Shown: one piece after another, positions 26,465 through 43,224 of the stretch
Numbering within the stretch: the stretch's first letter is position 1
Layout of the letters: every line of letters begins with the position of its first letter
From: Eledone cirrhosa
Taxonomy: Eukaryota
Assembly: GCA_964016885.1 (NCBI GenBank)
Contig: OZ024764.1
Location: 11,656,001-11,720,000, forward strand
Reading direction: 5' to 3'
Length of the DNA stretch: 64,000 nt
Made by a program: the position numbers and the translations under genes
Notes under the pieces: generated by a model
What the model was told of the DNA's origin: nothing
The model's input: only the letters and a program-made list of their open reading frames with translations
Databases searched by the model: none

Positions 26465-26830
26465 ATGAGAGAAGTTCCCAGTTAAATTTAAGCCACCATG
26501 TCAAGCCTTTGTTGATCTAGAAAAGATATTTGACAGAGTACCATGATGTTTAACTAGTGAGAGAAGTTCCTAGTTAAATTTAAGCCATTATATCTAGATT
26601 TTGTTGATCAGAAGGCCTTTGACAGAATAACACAATGTTTTTTTTTCATGAGAGAAGTTCCCGGTTAAATTTAAGCCACCATGTCAAGCTTTTTGTTGAT
26701 CTGTAGAAGGTCTTTGACAGAATAATACAATGTTTATGTGAATAAACTACTAGAGAAGTTCCAGGTTAAATTTAAACCACAATATCAAGCCTTTCTTGGT
26801 CAGGAGAAGGTCTTTGGCAGTGTATCATGA
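26465..26830 (+). repeat. Degenerate ~90-bp tandem copies of an RTE RT segment
   Basis: GAGAAGTTCC.GTTAAATTTAAGCCA...GTTGATCT.GAGAAGG.CTTTGACAGA occurs about 4 times (EKFL..KP....VDLEKAFDR-like). Confidence 0.55.
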
Positions 26831-27277
26831 TGTGTTTACTTAGACTGGCTTTTCATTTATTGAACTTGAAAGGATGAAAGGCGAAGTTGACTTCAGAAAG
26901 ATTTGAACTCGGAGATTAGAGAGCTGGAATGAAGACTGCAAAGCATTCCATCTAACATTCTAACAAATGTGTATAACGTAAGATATAATATAGATGCACA
27001 CAGAAGGGATTGTAGCGAGGTTAACAAAAAATGCAGATTCTGCAGGATCTCTGAAAAGAAGTGAAGGGGGTTGCTCTGAAAATATAGTGACTAGATTTAG
27101 AAGAAGAGGAAGGAAAAAATTTAGGGAGCCTACAACCTATGTTGACAACACAGGGATTTTCTTTACAAATTAAAGGGTAAATTATATGAAGACAGCATGA
27201 TAAGTGCAACGTTGCATGGCAGTGTGACATGGGTGGTAAATGCAGAGAATATATGTCTGTATGTCTCTTTCTCTCTC

Positions 27278-29490
<2,213 letters not shown>

Positions 29491-29789
29491 TATATGTTTA
29501 TCCCACGTTCAATCGGGCATAACCACAGTAAGTAAGGTACTCAATACATAGCAGAGTCTAAATATTTAATATAGAAATGGTTTCTAAAAATGAAACATGT
29601 CTAGTCCTGTAGAAGCCATTTCTATTTTAAATATATATATATATATCGTTTCTGAATTTGCTTAGCAAGATTCTTTATCTGAAAACGTGTGTTGAAACCG
29701 ATATTGTTATACTTTGGGAGGGTCATGTTGCCAATAAGAAACACACGCACCAGTTGCTTTCACTTCAATTTATTATAAATTAAATTTAT

Positions 29790-29980
29790 AAATTTAGGAA
29801 TTTATAAATTTCCGGTTGGTTGGTTGGTTGGTTCCACAACCGGACGGTTGTTCGTATATTGTCAAAGTTCGTTCGTCACACATTCTCTGACCTCATCAGT
29901 GACTGTGGATTCTTTTCTTTGTTTTTGTGCCTCTCCTTTGTTCTGCCCTACGCCATCTTGTTTTTGTTGTATGTTTTTAT
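29790..29980 (-). mobile_element. pLTR-like repeat with a degenerate hammerhead (29861-29903); sister of 63789-64000
   Basis: Near-identical to 63850-64000 in the opposite orientation. Minus strand GTCA-CTGATGA-GGTCA...TGAC-GAAC.GAACTT-TGAC. Confidence 0.65.
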
Positions 29981-30994
29981 ATATATATATATATATATAT
30001 AATATGTTGAGAAGGTAACACACCAGAGAGAGATATATAGTGCGTCTCTCTCTGGTGTGTTACCTTCTCAACATATTATATTTTAAAGGGCTCAGGATCT
30101 CTTCCCCTTTGAGCACATTATTTACAGGGAATAACGACGGCCTATGCCTCCGTTAATTTATCGTGATATATATATATAAAATTATAAGTTTGAAGAACAG
30201 TCAGACAAAATATATCCAATTTTTCTTCTCCTTAGTCCGTAGAAATTAACTAGATAAATAATCAATTAAACGGAACTAAGTTTAAAATGTAACTTTGAAG
30301 AAATAACAGATAAATGTCACAGACTTTCCTCTGTGAGGAACAGTCAGATAAGATTTACCCAGTCTTTCCTCTTAGTACGTAGAAATTAACTAGACAAATA
30401 ATCAATTATACGGAGCTAATAAATTAACATGAAGTTCTTATATACAAATATGTCGAAAGATTTTGATTTAAATGGGAAACCTTTAAAATGTGGGATTTTG
30501 TTTCATATAATCAGAGCTGGTTTTGGTCAGGCTGGTACCAAATTATTAATTATTTTATTAATAATTTGTTCGTGTTAGGAAGGGCATCCAGCTGTAGAAA
30601 TCAAGCCAGAATCAGTTCCCGTATGTGCAAGACAATGCCAGCCAACCGGACACTGCCCACAACAGGACAACCCGTCTAACCCATGCTAGCGTGGAAGAAC
30701 GGACGTAAAACGGTGATGATGATGATGAATAAGATAGCTTTTATAGCATAAATTAAGATGAAGTTCTTATACACAATTATGCTGAAAGTTTTTGAATTAT
30801 ATGGGGGACCCTTTAAAATGGGGTGTTTTGCTCTTGGTTAGGTTGATATTAAATTCTTGTTTCGGCTTGGATGCTGTTGGCTTACTACCCTCCTAGCTCG
30901 AGCTAGCAGGGCTGGGTGTAGGGCAGGGCATAAGGGCAGATAGCATAACCATCTTCCCGTTCCACCTCACTCATTAAGCAAATGAGGTCTGGAA

Positions 30995-31345
30995 TCTTAT
31001 CATCACCACCACCATCATCATTATCATCATCGTCATCATCACCATCATCATCATCATCATTATCATCATTATTATCACCGTCATCATCATCATCATCATC
31101 ATCATCATCGCCACCATCCTCACCATCATCACCATCATCATCATCATCATCACCACCAGCATCACCATCATCATCATCATCATTATTATCACCACCATCA
31201 TCACACCACCACCACCATCATCATCATCATCACCATCACCATCATCATCATCATCACCATCATCATCATCACCATCATCACCATCACCATCATTACCATC
31301 ACCACCATCACCATCATTACCATCACCACCATCACCATCATTTAA
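30995..31345. repeat. (CAT)n/(CAC)n microsatellite, the expanded tail of an RTE-type 3' end
   Basis: Followed by TTTTCCATGCTAGCATGGGTTAGATGGG. Confidence 0.85.
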
Positions 31346-31548
31346 CTTTGTTTTCCATGCTAGCATGGGTTAGATGGGTTGCTTAGTTTGAGGCAAGTCG
31401 GGTCAGGTGACTTTACAGAGTCGACTGGGTGCAATTAACTGTAAAGTTGAATGTATTTTATTCGGGAGAAAGGGGTGGCCATTTTAAAGCCAGCCTAGGG
31501 CACTAAATACCTTGGTGCCAGCTTTCACTAGCAGACAAATCTTAAAGG

Positions 31549-31636
<88 letters not shown>

Positions 31637-31682
31637 GTCTCTCTCTCTCTCTATCTCATATAAAATTTACTCCATGACTCAT

Positions 31683-31717
<35 letters not shown>

Positions 31718-31784
31718 ATATACATATATATATATATATATGCACAGATGTATATATATATAGACATATGTACAAATATATATA

Positions 31785-31819
<35 letters not shown>

Positions 31820-31879
31820 CTGTGTGTATATATATATATATGTATATATATATACACACACAGATATATATATATATAT

Positions 31880-31940
<61 letters not shown>

Positions 31941-31941
31941 G

Positions 31942-31982
<41 letters not shown>

Positions 31983-32049
31983 TATATATACACAGATATA
32001 TATATATATATAAATATATATATTTATATACACACATATATATATATAT

Positions 32050-32146
<97 letters not shown>

Positions 32147-32175
32147 TATATATATATATATACACATATATATAT

Positions 32176-32218
<43 letters not shown>

Positions 32219-32566
32219 TATATACACACATATATATGTATATAATATATACATATATATATCTACACATATATATATATATATGTATATAATGTATATA
32301 TATTATATAATAGATTATATATATTTTTATTTCCGTGTAACATGTACTACATAATTTATACACACTTGCACGCATATACACCTACACACACACGCACACA
32401 GTCTCATACATATTCACATAGTCTCACAAATACACACACACACACACACATACTAAAATAGCTTCTTTCAACCACAGAAGCTGAGCTTTTATCAAAATTT
32501 AATGGTGATGTTCCATCCATGCAGTTTTTCAACATGTTTAGTGGTGGTTTTTCATGTAAATATGTA

Positions 32567-32660
<94 letters not shown>

Positions 32661-32694
32661 AATAGAGAAAAAGTGAGAGAGAGAGATGTATAGA

Positions 32695-32764
<70 letters not shown>

Positions 32765-32814
32765 AATAAATTTGTGTGTATATAGAGGAAGATAGAGAGA
32801 GAGAGATGTATAGA

Positions 32815-32859
<45 letters not shown>

Positions 32860-33009
32860 CTGTATATGTGTCTGTATATGTATATAAATATACATATTTA
32901 TATATATATATATATGTGAGTGTGCGTATTTATGTATATAGATGTATATATGTTTATGTGTGCATATATTTATATATATCTGTGTGTGTATATATATATA
33001 TATATACAC

Positions 33010-33547
33010 ACATATATACACATACAGACATACACCACATGCCTGAAGTCATGTAAAATAACTAAGAATGGAAGGCAGACATTGAATGTAAGACAGAGAG
33101 AGGGAGGGAGGGAGAGAAAGAATTGGGGAATATTTTGGTTAAAAAGGAACCAGAAAAATGACTCCATGTTTTTATATATCAACTCTCCCCTTGGCTGTCT
33201 TCTCACCACCAGTCCCTTTCTTGGGAATATTTTGGTTAAAAAGGAACCATGTTTGGTAAATGTCTTCATATATATTAACTCTTTCCTTTTTCTTTTACTC
33301 CTTTTGACTGCTTTCCCACCTTTTCTCTCTCCCTCTCTCTGTGTATATATATATAGGAACGAGTAGGACCCCGACGGCTGAGCTCAAGCCGTTTCGACGG
33401 CTAATTCTGGACGTCCAGATTTAGCCGTCGAAACGGCTTGAGCTCAGCCGTCGGGGTCCTACTCATTCCTATTACCCACTCTACTACCCTAAGTATTGAG
33501 TACTTTGGTGCGTTATGGTCCACCTGGTTCCTTACCACATTTCTTCG

Positions 33548-33606
<59 letters not shown>

Positions 33607-34360
33607 AACAAGTATGACCCCGACGGCAGAGCTCAAGCCGTTTCGACGGCTATTTCTGGACTCAGAAATAGCCATCAAAACGGCTTGAGCTCAGCCGTCT
33701 GGGTCATACTTTTTCCTATTTCCCACTCTACTACCCTAAGTATTGAGTACTCTGGTGTGTTATGGTCCATCTGGTTCCTTACCACAATTCCTTTGTTATA
33801 TATATATGGATGTGTTGAGAGAGAAGAAACTGTGTCTGACAGGGATAGAATGTAAGTGAGCGAGAGAGGAGACTGCGGTGGTATGGACATGTGATGCGCA
33901 TGGAGGATGACCGATGGGTGAAGAAGTGCCAGGAAATGCAGTTGAAGGAAGACATGGTAGAGGTAGACCACGAAAAAACATGGGCGGAGGTGGTGAGATG
34001 CTGTGCTGAATAAGACCCGTCCCACCCTTGCAAGCAGGGAAAAGCGGATGTAAAATGATGATGATGATTGATATATAGATATATATATATATTTCATTTT
34101 TTTTTTTTTTTCATTTTTTTACGTCTGCTTTTTCCCTGCTTGCAAGGGTGGGACGGGATATATATAGATATGTTTTCTATACCTTTCATTTATATATATA
34201 TATATATATATATATACAGTTATAACAATAAATGTGAAGACTAACATCCAAAGAGGGCTTGATAAGGATAATATATATATCAAATATATAAGAACCGTAG
34301 AACAAATATTTATTAAAATAACAGATTAAAGTTTAAGCAAAGCATCGCTTCTTTCACCCT
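33010..34360 (+). repeat. Composite segment duplicated in inverted orientation at 41623-42900
   Basis: Same order of unique sequence, palindrome pair, RTE 3' end and pLTR piece on opposite strands. Confidence 0.9.
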
Positions 34361-34416
34361 TAACGGGATCTTCTGTTAAGGGTGAAAGCAACGATCCTTT
34401 GCTTAAACTTTATCTG

Positions 34417-34459
<43 letters not shown>

Positions 34460-34585
34460 ACTAGCGTCCGAAACGTTCAGACCCTCTTCCTGCTATATCA
34501 AGCGTTAACCTAATATATTCCTTCCATATACTGTACTGATTGTGTTTGTTATTTCTGTTTACCTTTTACATATATACATATATAT

Positions 34586-34929
34586 CATCATCATCATCAT
34601 CAACATTTTACGTCCACTTTCCCCTGCTTGCAAGGGTTGGGACGGGAACTGATTCAGGCTTGATTTCTACAGCTGGATGCCCTTCCTAACACCAACCTCA
34701 TTTACAGTGAGTGCTGGGTGCTTTTTTGCCGTGGCACCTCCACGACCACTTTGCAGTGGAATGATAGCGACCCCAGTCCCTATCATCTCATTTCTACAGC
34801 TGAGTAAACTGGAGCTATGTGAAATAAAGTGTCTTGTTCAAGGAAACAACACATCACCCGGTCTGAGAATTGAACTCACAACCTTGCGATTGCAAGGCCA
34901 ATGCTCTAACCACTAAGCCATGTGCCTCC
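34586..34929 (-). mobile_element. CORE-type SINE (family B)
   Basis: Near-identical to 9598-9947. Confidence 0.85.
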
Positions 34930-35175
34930 ATATATATATATATATATTATATTAGTCTCTCTCTTTCTCTGTCTGAAGCTCTCTTTCTCAGGTATATTTT
35001 GGTTAAAAAGGCACCAGGTAAATATCTTTATATATAAATATCTTTATATATAAAATCTATATTACCTTTTTCTTTTCTTCCTTTTGACTGCTTTCACACT
35101 CTCTCTCTCTCTCTCTCCCTCTCTCTCTCAATATATATATGTGTTTGTGTGTATATAGTGTCTTTTTCTGTTTAC

Positions 35176-35306
<131 letters not shown>

Positions 35307-35517
35307 TTATTAGTCTCAAGCTTTCTTTCTCAGGTATATTTTGGTTAAAAAAGAACCAGGTAAATTTGGTAAATGTTTTTATATATCAACTTTTGTCTCT
35401 TCCTATTGGCTTACCTTATGCCATCTCTTGTTCAATTTCTGATTACCCTCACCACCCTCTCTCTCTCTCTATATATATATATGTATGTATGTATGGATAT
35501 ATATGTGTGTGCATGTA

Positions 35518-36000
35518 TCATCATCATCATCATAATTTAACGGCTATCTTCCACGCTAGCATGGGTTTAGATGGGAATTGTCCCACTTGAGGCAAGATTG
35601 GTCGGGTGACCGTGTCTCGCTCATATAGGACTATCTGGCAGGTTTACCACGGCTGGATGCCCTTCCTAACACCAACCACATTTACAGTGTGGACTGGAGC
35701 TTTTTACCGTGTTACCTACACAACCACATTACAGCGTGGACTGGGGGCCTTTTACCGTGTTACCTACACAACCACATTACAGTGTGGACTGGGAGCTTTT
35801 TACCGTGTTACTACACAACCACATTACAGCGTGGACTGGGGGCCTTTTACCGTGTTACCCTACACAACCACATTTACAGTGTGGACTGGGAGCTTTTTAC
35901 CGTGTTACCTACACAACCACATTTACAGTGTGGACTGGATGTTGTGGCACCAACATAACTTTATAGAGAAAGGGGTGGTGTAGATGGGGTGGGGGTAGGG
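35518..36000 (-). mobile_element. RTE/SINE 3' region with ~6 internal tandem units of ~50 bp
   Basis: ACAACCACATTACAGTGTGGACTGGGAGCTTTTTACCGTGTTACCT repeats; (CAT)n tail. Confidence 0.7.
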
Positions 36001-36116
36001 GATATATATGTGTGTGTATGTAAGTATATATATATATGTGTGTGTGTTTGTGTCTATATATATATATGTATGTGTATGTAAGTATATATATATGTGTGTG
36101 TGTGTATGTATGTAAG

Positions 36117-36149
<33 letters not shown>

Positions 36150-36161
36150 GTGTGTATGTAA

Positions 36162-36197
<36 letters not shown>

Positions 36198-36234
36198 ATG
36201 TAAGTATATATATATGTGTGTGTGTGTGTGTAAG

Positions 36235-36269
<35 letters not shown>

Positions 36270-36274
36270 GTAAG

Positions 36275-36305
<31 letters not shown>

Positions 36306-37282
36306 ATGTAAGTATATAATATATATATATGTATGTATGTGTGTGTGTATGTAAGTATATATATATATATATGTATGTGTGTATGTAAGTATATATATAT
36401 ATATGTGTGTGTTTGTGTGTCTATATATATATATATACATATGTATGTGTGTATGTAATTATATTTATATATATATATATGTATGTGTATGTGCATATGT
36501 AAGTATATATACATGTGTGTGTTTGTGTGTCTATATATATATATATATGTATGTGTGTGTATGTAAGTATATATATATATATATGTATTTAAGTATATAT
36601 ATATGTATGTATGTGTGTGTATGTAAGTATATATATATATGTATGTGTGTGTGTATGTAAGTATATATATATATATATGTATGTGTGTGTATGTAAGTAT
36701 ATATATATATGTGTGTGTGTGTGTATGTAAGTATATATATATATATATATGTATGTATGTGTGTGTATGTAAGTATATATACATATGTGTGTGTTTGTGT
36801 GTCTATATATATATGTATATGTGTGTATGTAAGTATATATATACATATATATGTATGTGTGTGTATGTAAGTATATATATATATGTATGTGTGTGTGTGT
36901 TTGTGTGTCTATATACATATGTGTGTGTTTGTGTGTCTATATATACCTCAAAGACATTTTGGTTAAAAAGAAAAACCAGGTAGAATGAAACCTTTGTATA
37001 ACTTCTCCTTCCCTCCATCTTTTCCCCTCCCTTTGTCTGTTGCACTCTCTCCACGCCAGCCTCTCTCTCTCACTCCTTCGCTTTCCCTCTCGCTCTCTCA
37101 CACACACACACACACACACACCTTTTCTTTCTCTCTCTCTCTCTCTCTCTCTCACACACCTTTTCTTTCTCTCTTTCCACCACCCCTCTCTCTCTCTCTC
37201 ACACACCTTCGCTTTCTCTCTCTTTCACCCACCCCTTTCTCTCTCTCTCACACACCTTCGCTTTCTCTCTCTTTCACCCACC

Positions 37283-37318
<36 letters not shown>

Positions 37319-37845
37319 ACCCACCCCTCTTTCTCTTTCACCCACCCCTCTCTCTCTCTCTTTCACCCCCCCCCCTCTCTTTCACCCACCCCTCTCTCTC
37401 TCTCTCTCTCTCTTTCACCCCCCCCCCTCTCTCTCTTTCACCCACCCCCCTCTCTCTCTCTCTCTCTCTTTCACCCACCCCTCTCTCTCTCTCTCTCTCA
37501 CACACCATCGCTTTCTCTGTTTCTTTTACCCACCCCTCTTTCTCTCTTTCTCTCACTTTCTCGCATACCTTTGCTTGTTCACACTCTCTCACTCCCCCTC
37601 TCTCACTCCCCCTCTCTCACACCCCTCTCTCACTCCCCCTCTCTCACACCCCTCTCTCACTCCCCCTCTCTCACACCTCTCTCTCACTCCCTCAAAGACA
37701 TTTCAGCATTGTCTCCCTTGGTCTCACCTTTTGTGGTGCCACAGTGGATATTTTTCAGTCTACCTTTGTTCGTGTCTTAAGAGGGTAGAGGTGTTGAAAA
37801 AGGTGTGTATATATATATATATATATATATGTGTGTATATAATAT

Positions 37846-37888
<43 letters not shown>

Positions 37889-37897
37889 ATATAATAT

Positions 37898-37947
<50 letters not shown>

Positions 37948-38024
37948 CGCAGGTATATATGTATGTAGGTATGTATGTATGTATGATTTTATGTTTGTAT
38001 GCATATATATACATATATATATAC

Positions 38025-38102
<78 letters not shown>

Positions 38103-38186
38103 GCAGAACATTCAACAATTGTACCAAGGAAGGCTTGATGAAAGAAAAGTTGGAGGGGTGTGAAGGAGGTGTGGTATGGAGTGGCA

Positions 38187-38219
<33 letters not shown>

Positions 38220-38234
38220 GTATATCTATATATA

Positions 38235-38274
<40 letters not shown>

Positions 38275-38849
38275 CATGTGTGAATATATATATAATAAAT
38301 AATTATAAATATATATATATATATATACACACATATGTATACACACACACACACACACACATCTATATACATTTATATATATATGTGTATATATATACAC
38401 ACATATGTACATACACACACAAAGACATACCACTCACATATACATATAAACAACACACACACGACTTACTACTATGCTACCAATACAAAAATAAATTACA
38501 TGAAACAACAACAACAACATATATAACAACAACAACAACACAGGAAGCTGTGTGTAGAATGAAAGGCATAACAAAAATAATAAAAACTAAAAAATTAGAA
38601 GAAAAATATGAAAACAAAAAGACAAATTCCTTGTTACATGTCTGAAAAAATATCAAGGAACTCCAGCATTAAATTTTGATAAAAGCTCAGCTTGTTTGAT
38701 CGTGTGTGGTTGTGTGTGGCTGTGTGTATGTCGTGTGTGTGTGTGGGGGGGGGGGGGTTGTGTGTGTGTGTGTGTAAATGAGGAGAAATGGTACATGGAA
38801 TTAATAATAATAATAATAACAACAATAATAATGATAATAATAATAATAA

Positions 38850-39415
38850 TAATTGTTTCTACTTTTGGCACAAGGCCAGCAATTACCCCAGTGCATTACT
38901 GGTACTTTATTTTATCGCCCCCCCGTAAGGATGAAAGGTATTGATCCTCAAAACATAGTGTCCGATCCTCAAAGATGGTGTCTGATCCTCAAAGCATGGT
39001 GTCTGATCCTCAAAAACATGGTGTCCAACCCTCAAAGCATGGCGTCCAACCCTCAAAGCATGGCGTCCGACCTCAAGGCCAGTAATTTTGGGGGAGGGGA
39101 TAGTTGATTAAATCAACTCCAGTACATTACTGGTACTTTATTTTATCGACCCCGTAAGGATGAAAGGTATCGACCTCAAAACATAGTGTCCGACCCTCAA
39201 AGCATGGTGTCCGACCCTCAAAGCATGGCGTCCGACCTTCAAGGCCAGTAATTTTGGGGGAGGGGAAAGTCGATTAAATCAACCCCCAGTACATTACTGG
39301 TACTTTATTTTATTGACCCTGTAAAGATGAAAGGCAAAGTTAACCTCGGCGGGATTTGAACTCAGACCGTAAAGGGACGTAATTCTATGCTGCAAAGCAT
39401 GGCGTCCGACCCTCT
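38850..39415 (-). mobile_element. Rearranged tandem SINE family A copies with ~21-bp CCCTCAAAGCATGGTGTCC repeats
   Basis: Three ACTGGTACTTTATTTTAT...GTAAGGATGAAAGG blocks. Confidence 0.75.
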
Positions 39416-39862
39416 AGTGATATATACACATATACACACAAATATATACAAATAGAAAAAGAGTCAGAACCCCGATGGCTGAGCTCCAGCCGTTTCGACA
39501 GCTAGATTTAAACTAAACCAACAGTATTAGAACAGCGGGAATCTAGTTGAACTTATAAAAGGGTGCAGTCAGTGGCGTAACTAGCTTTTAAAGCCGGGGG
39601 GGGGGGGATTAGATCTAAAGGGAGCCCACCAATTCCATACGCTCATTTACATTGGCTGCAAGGAAATATGTTCATACACACATATAGAATAGATAATAAT
39701 TTATAATAGAGTAGACAGCATCATAGATTACAGAGTTAGCATGTTCCGTGAAAACTTTATTAACTGCGAAGGCGGTGGTCTATCTTCAGAAAAAAAATAT
39801 CTATGGGCATGCAGTCAAAACAAAAAAGGAGAAATATCACAGCAAAAAATCTATCTATCTAT

Positions 39863-40014
39863 TATTAAACAACCCATTTGTGGCGCCTCCCCCCTATTGG
39901 GGATTTCGATTGTTGAAATTGTTTGTTTTTATATTTTTTACACGACTGTATGTAAAATCCCCGGCATGTCTTTGTATTGTCCCCTTTCTTGTTGCGCCCT
40001 TGTGGCTAATAAAG
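39863..40014 (+). mobile_element. 5'-truncated Tx1-family copy (3' UTR only) with a 16-bp target-site duplication
   Basis: Aligns by eye to the reverse complement of 50375-50520 (CCCTATTG.GGA.TTCG...GCCCT.GTGGC.AATAAAGAAA). AAATCTATCTATCTAT occurs at 39847-39862 and 40015-40030. Confidence 0.8.
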
Positions 40015-40287
40015 AAATCTATCTATCTATATATATATAATATTAACAATATTAATAAATGGAAAATATCTTTACAAAACCATATTTATTTATAAAGATA
40101 TTTTCCATTTATTAATATTATTAATATTAATGATACTCCATTTAAAAATGCTGTTGAGTGCTTCTAATCTGTTGTAAAATTAACTTTGTTGAATAATCAA
40201 CAAACCATATAACTCATTGTTTATATATATATATATATATACTTTCCTTTACCTTTCCTAAGGAAACACTTTATATATATAAAAACC

Positions 40288-40790
40288 TGGGACGAGCTGA
40301 TAAACTCCGACCTCACACACTTACACCTCACCAAGACAATGTCACTGGACCGAGACCTTTGGCGGTACTCAGTAATAGAGAAGACCCGCCTTACCTAAAT
40401 ACAAAGTAAAACCTACTACAGTCAGTAGGCATCTCTAACAAAATACACCCCCGTCCCACCACCCCCACCCCATCCACACCGCCCCCTTCTATGTAAAGTT
40501 ATGCTGGTGCCACACCATCCAGGCCGAAACAAATGAGATCGTGTAGGTGTCACAACAAAAAAACACACAGTCCACGCTGTAATGTGGCCGTGTAGGCAAC
40601 ACGGTAAAAACCTCCCAGCCCCACACTGTAAATGTGGTTGGTGTTAGGAAGGGCATCCAACTGTAGAAAACCTGCCAGACAGTCCTATGCGAGCAACACA
40701 ATCACTCTTGCCTCAAGTGGGAAAACCCCCGTCCAAACCCATGCAAGCGTGGAACACGGACGTTAAACGATGATGATGATGATGATGATA
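40288..40790 (+). mobile_element. RTE-clade LINE 3' end with a single 112-bp unit
   Basis: Reverse complement of 17848-18816 without the tandem expansion. Confidence 0.85.
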
Positions 40791-41190
40791 TATAAATCAA
40801 GAAAGAAGCCATGCCTGTGTATTCCCTTCATTCTCACTAGCTCTGATGAATTGACTGGTTACAACTATGTATTGGTGATCGATTGACGCAGAAACAGGCG
40901 GGTAGCGATCTCTAGACCTACCAGTTCAGAGAAACAATTGTCAGCAATGTGAATAAAGCCCTTATTGTATAGCAAACCGTGTCACTCTTCTTTCTTGTTT
41001 TATCATTACTCCAAGTGTAAACTACATAGAAATCACAGCGTACTCGCAGCATCACTATGGAAATGCCTTGTTGAGTTAAACTTAGCCAAGCGTTGATACC
41101 ATCCACTACTCGGAGTACCCTAACTGGACTACACCTAAGTGGACTACCTATAACAATAATCTGTTATCCCATATATATATATATATATAT

Positions 41191-41240
<50 letters not shown>

Positions 41241-41270
41241 AGATCAAAAGATGGTTAAAAGAGTTCCATG

Positions 41271-41341
41271 TATTTTATTATGCGCATTTCAAAAACAAAT
41301 ATCATCATGGGATGATATTTGCGTTCTCATCAGATAAAATA
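41271..41341 (-). ncRNA. Minimal type-I hammerhead ribozyme, core intact, between 36-bp inverted repeats (41238-41273 / 41399-41434)
   Basis: Minus strand TATTTTAT-CTGATGA-GAACGCAAATATCATC ccat GATGATATTTGTTTTT-GAAAT-GCGC-ATA-ATAAAATA. Confidence 0.8.
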
Positions 41342-41622
41342 GGAAGACATGATATGAAGCTTAAAAAACACTTGTGAGCTGTGAAGTGCTAAATCAACAT
41401 ACATGGAACTCTTTTAACCATCTTTTGATCTTATATTATTTATACTCCAGTCCTATAAACTGTGGAGTGCTACTTATCCGATATTTGCATTGCTTTATTG
41501 TGCTACAATAAAACTCACCTCCTGCATATATATATATATATATATAATATATGTATATATAGATATATATATAGATATATATATATATATATATATAAAG
41601 AGAGAGAGAGAGAGGGGGGGGG

Positions 41623-41703
41623 GGGTGAAAGCAGTGTTTCTTTGCTTAAACTTTAATCTGTTATTTTAATAAATATTTGCTCTATAGTTTTATATATTTT
41701 GTA

Positions 41704-41766
<63 letters not shown>

Positions 41767-42311
41767 CCTTATCGAGCCCTCTTTGGATTTTAGTCTTCAC
41801 ATTTATTGTTATAACTATATATATATATATATATATATAATATCATCATTTTACGTTCGCTTTTCCCTGCTTGCAAGAGTGGGACGGGTCTTATTCAGCA
41901 CAGCATCTCACCACCTCCCCCCATGTTTTTTTGTGGTCTACCTCTATCACGTCTTCATTCAACTGGCATTTCCTGGCACTTCTTCACCCATCGGTCATCC
42001 TCCATGTGCATCACATGTCCATACCACCGCAGTCTCCTCTCTCGCTCACTACATTCTATCCCTGTCAGACACAGTTTCTTCTCTCTCAACACATCCATAT
42101 ATATATGTGTATATATATATATATATAACAAAGGAATTGTGGTAAGGAACCAGATGGACCATAACGCACCAGAGTACTCAATACTTAGGGTAGTAGAGTG
42201 GGAAATACAAAAGACCCCGACGTCAGAGCTCAAGCCATTTTGACAGTTATTTCTGAGTCCAGAAATAGCTGTCGAAACGGCTTGAGCTCTACCGTCGGGG
42301 TCATACTTGTT

Positions 42312-42349
<38 letters not shown>

Positions 42350-42900
42350 GGAAGAAATGTGGTAAGGAACCAGGTGGACCATAACGCACCAAAGTACTCA
42401 ATACTTAGGGTAGTAGCGTGGGTAATAGGAACGAGTAGGACCCCGACGGCTGAGCTCAAGCCGTTTCGACGTCTAATTCTGGACGTCCAGAATTAGCCGT
42501 CGAAACGGCTTGAGCTCAGCCGTCGGGGTCCTACTCGTTCCTATATATATATATATATATACACATACATATACAGAGAGAGGGAGAGAGAAAAGGTGGG
42601 AAAGCAGTCAAAAGGAGTAAAAGAAAAAGGAAAGAGTTAATATATATGAAGACATTTACCAAACATGGTTCCTTTTTAACCAAAATATTCCCAAGAAAGG
42701 GACTGGTGGTGAGAAGACAGCCAAGGGGAGAGTTGATATATAAAAACATGGAGTTATTTTTCTGGTTCATTTTTAACCAAAATATTCCTCAATTCTTTCT
42801 CTCTCCTCCCTCCCTCTCTCTGTCTTACATTCAATGTCTGCCTTCCATTCTTAGTTATTTTACATGACTTCAGGCATGTGGTGTATGTCTGTATGTGTAT
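41623..42900 (-). repeat. Inverted copy of 33010-34360
   Basis: For example TTACATGACTTCAGGCATGTGGTGTA is the reverse complement of TACACCACATGCCTGAAGTCATGTAA. Confidence 0.9.
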
Positions 42901-43069
42901 ATATGTGTGTGTATATATATATATACATGGACATATACATATATATATATTTTGTGTGTATATTTATATATATATATATACACGGACATATACATACACA
43001 TACATATATACACACAGACATATACATACACATACATATATATATTTTGTGTGTGTATATTTATATATA

Positions 43070-43141
<72 letters not shown>

Positions 43142-43224
43142 TATATAAATATACACACACAGATACATATATAAACATACATACACATGTATATATGTTT
43201 GTGTGTATCTATCTATATATATAT

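Noticed and set aside
39570-39640. CAGTGGCGTAACTAG possible hAT-type terminal repeat
   Set aside because: No matching opposite end or TSD was found in the window.
40838-40910. Hammerhead candidate GCT-CTGATGA...GAAAC...GTAGC
   Set aside because: Stem II does not close next to GAAA and the NUH register fails; at best heavily decayed.
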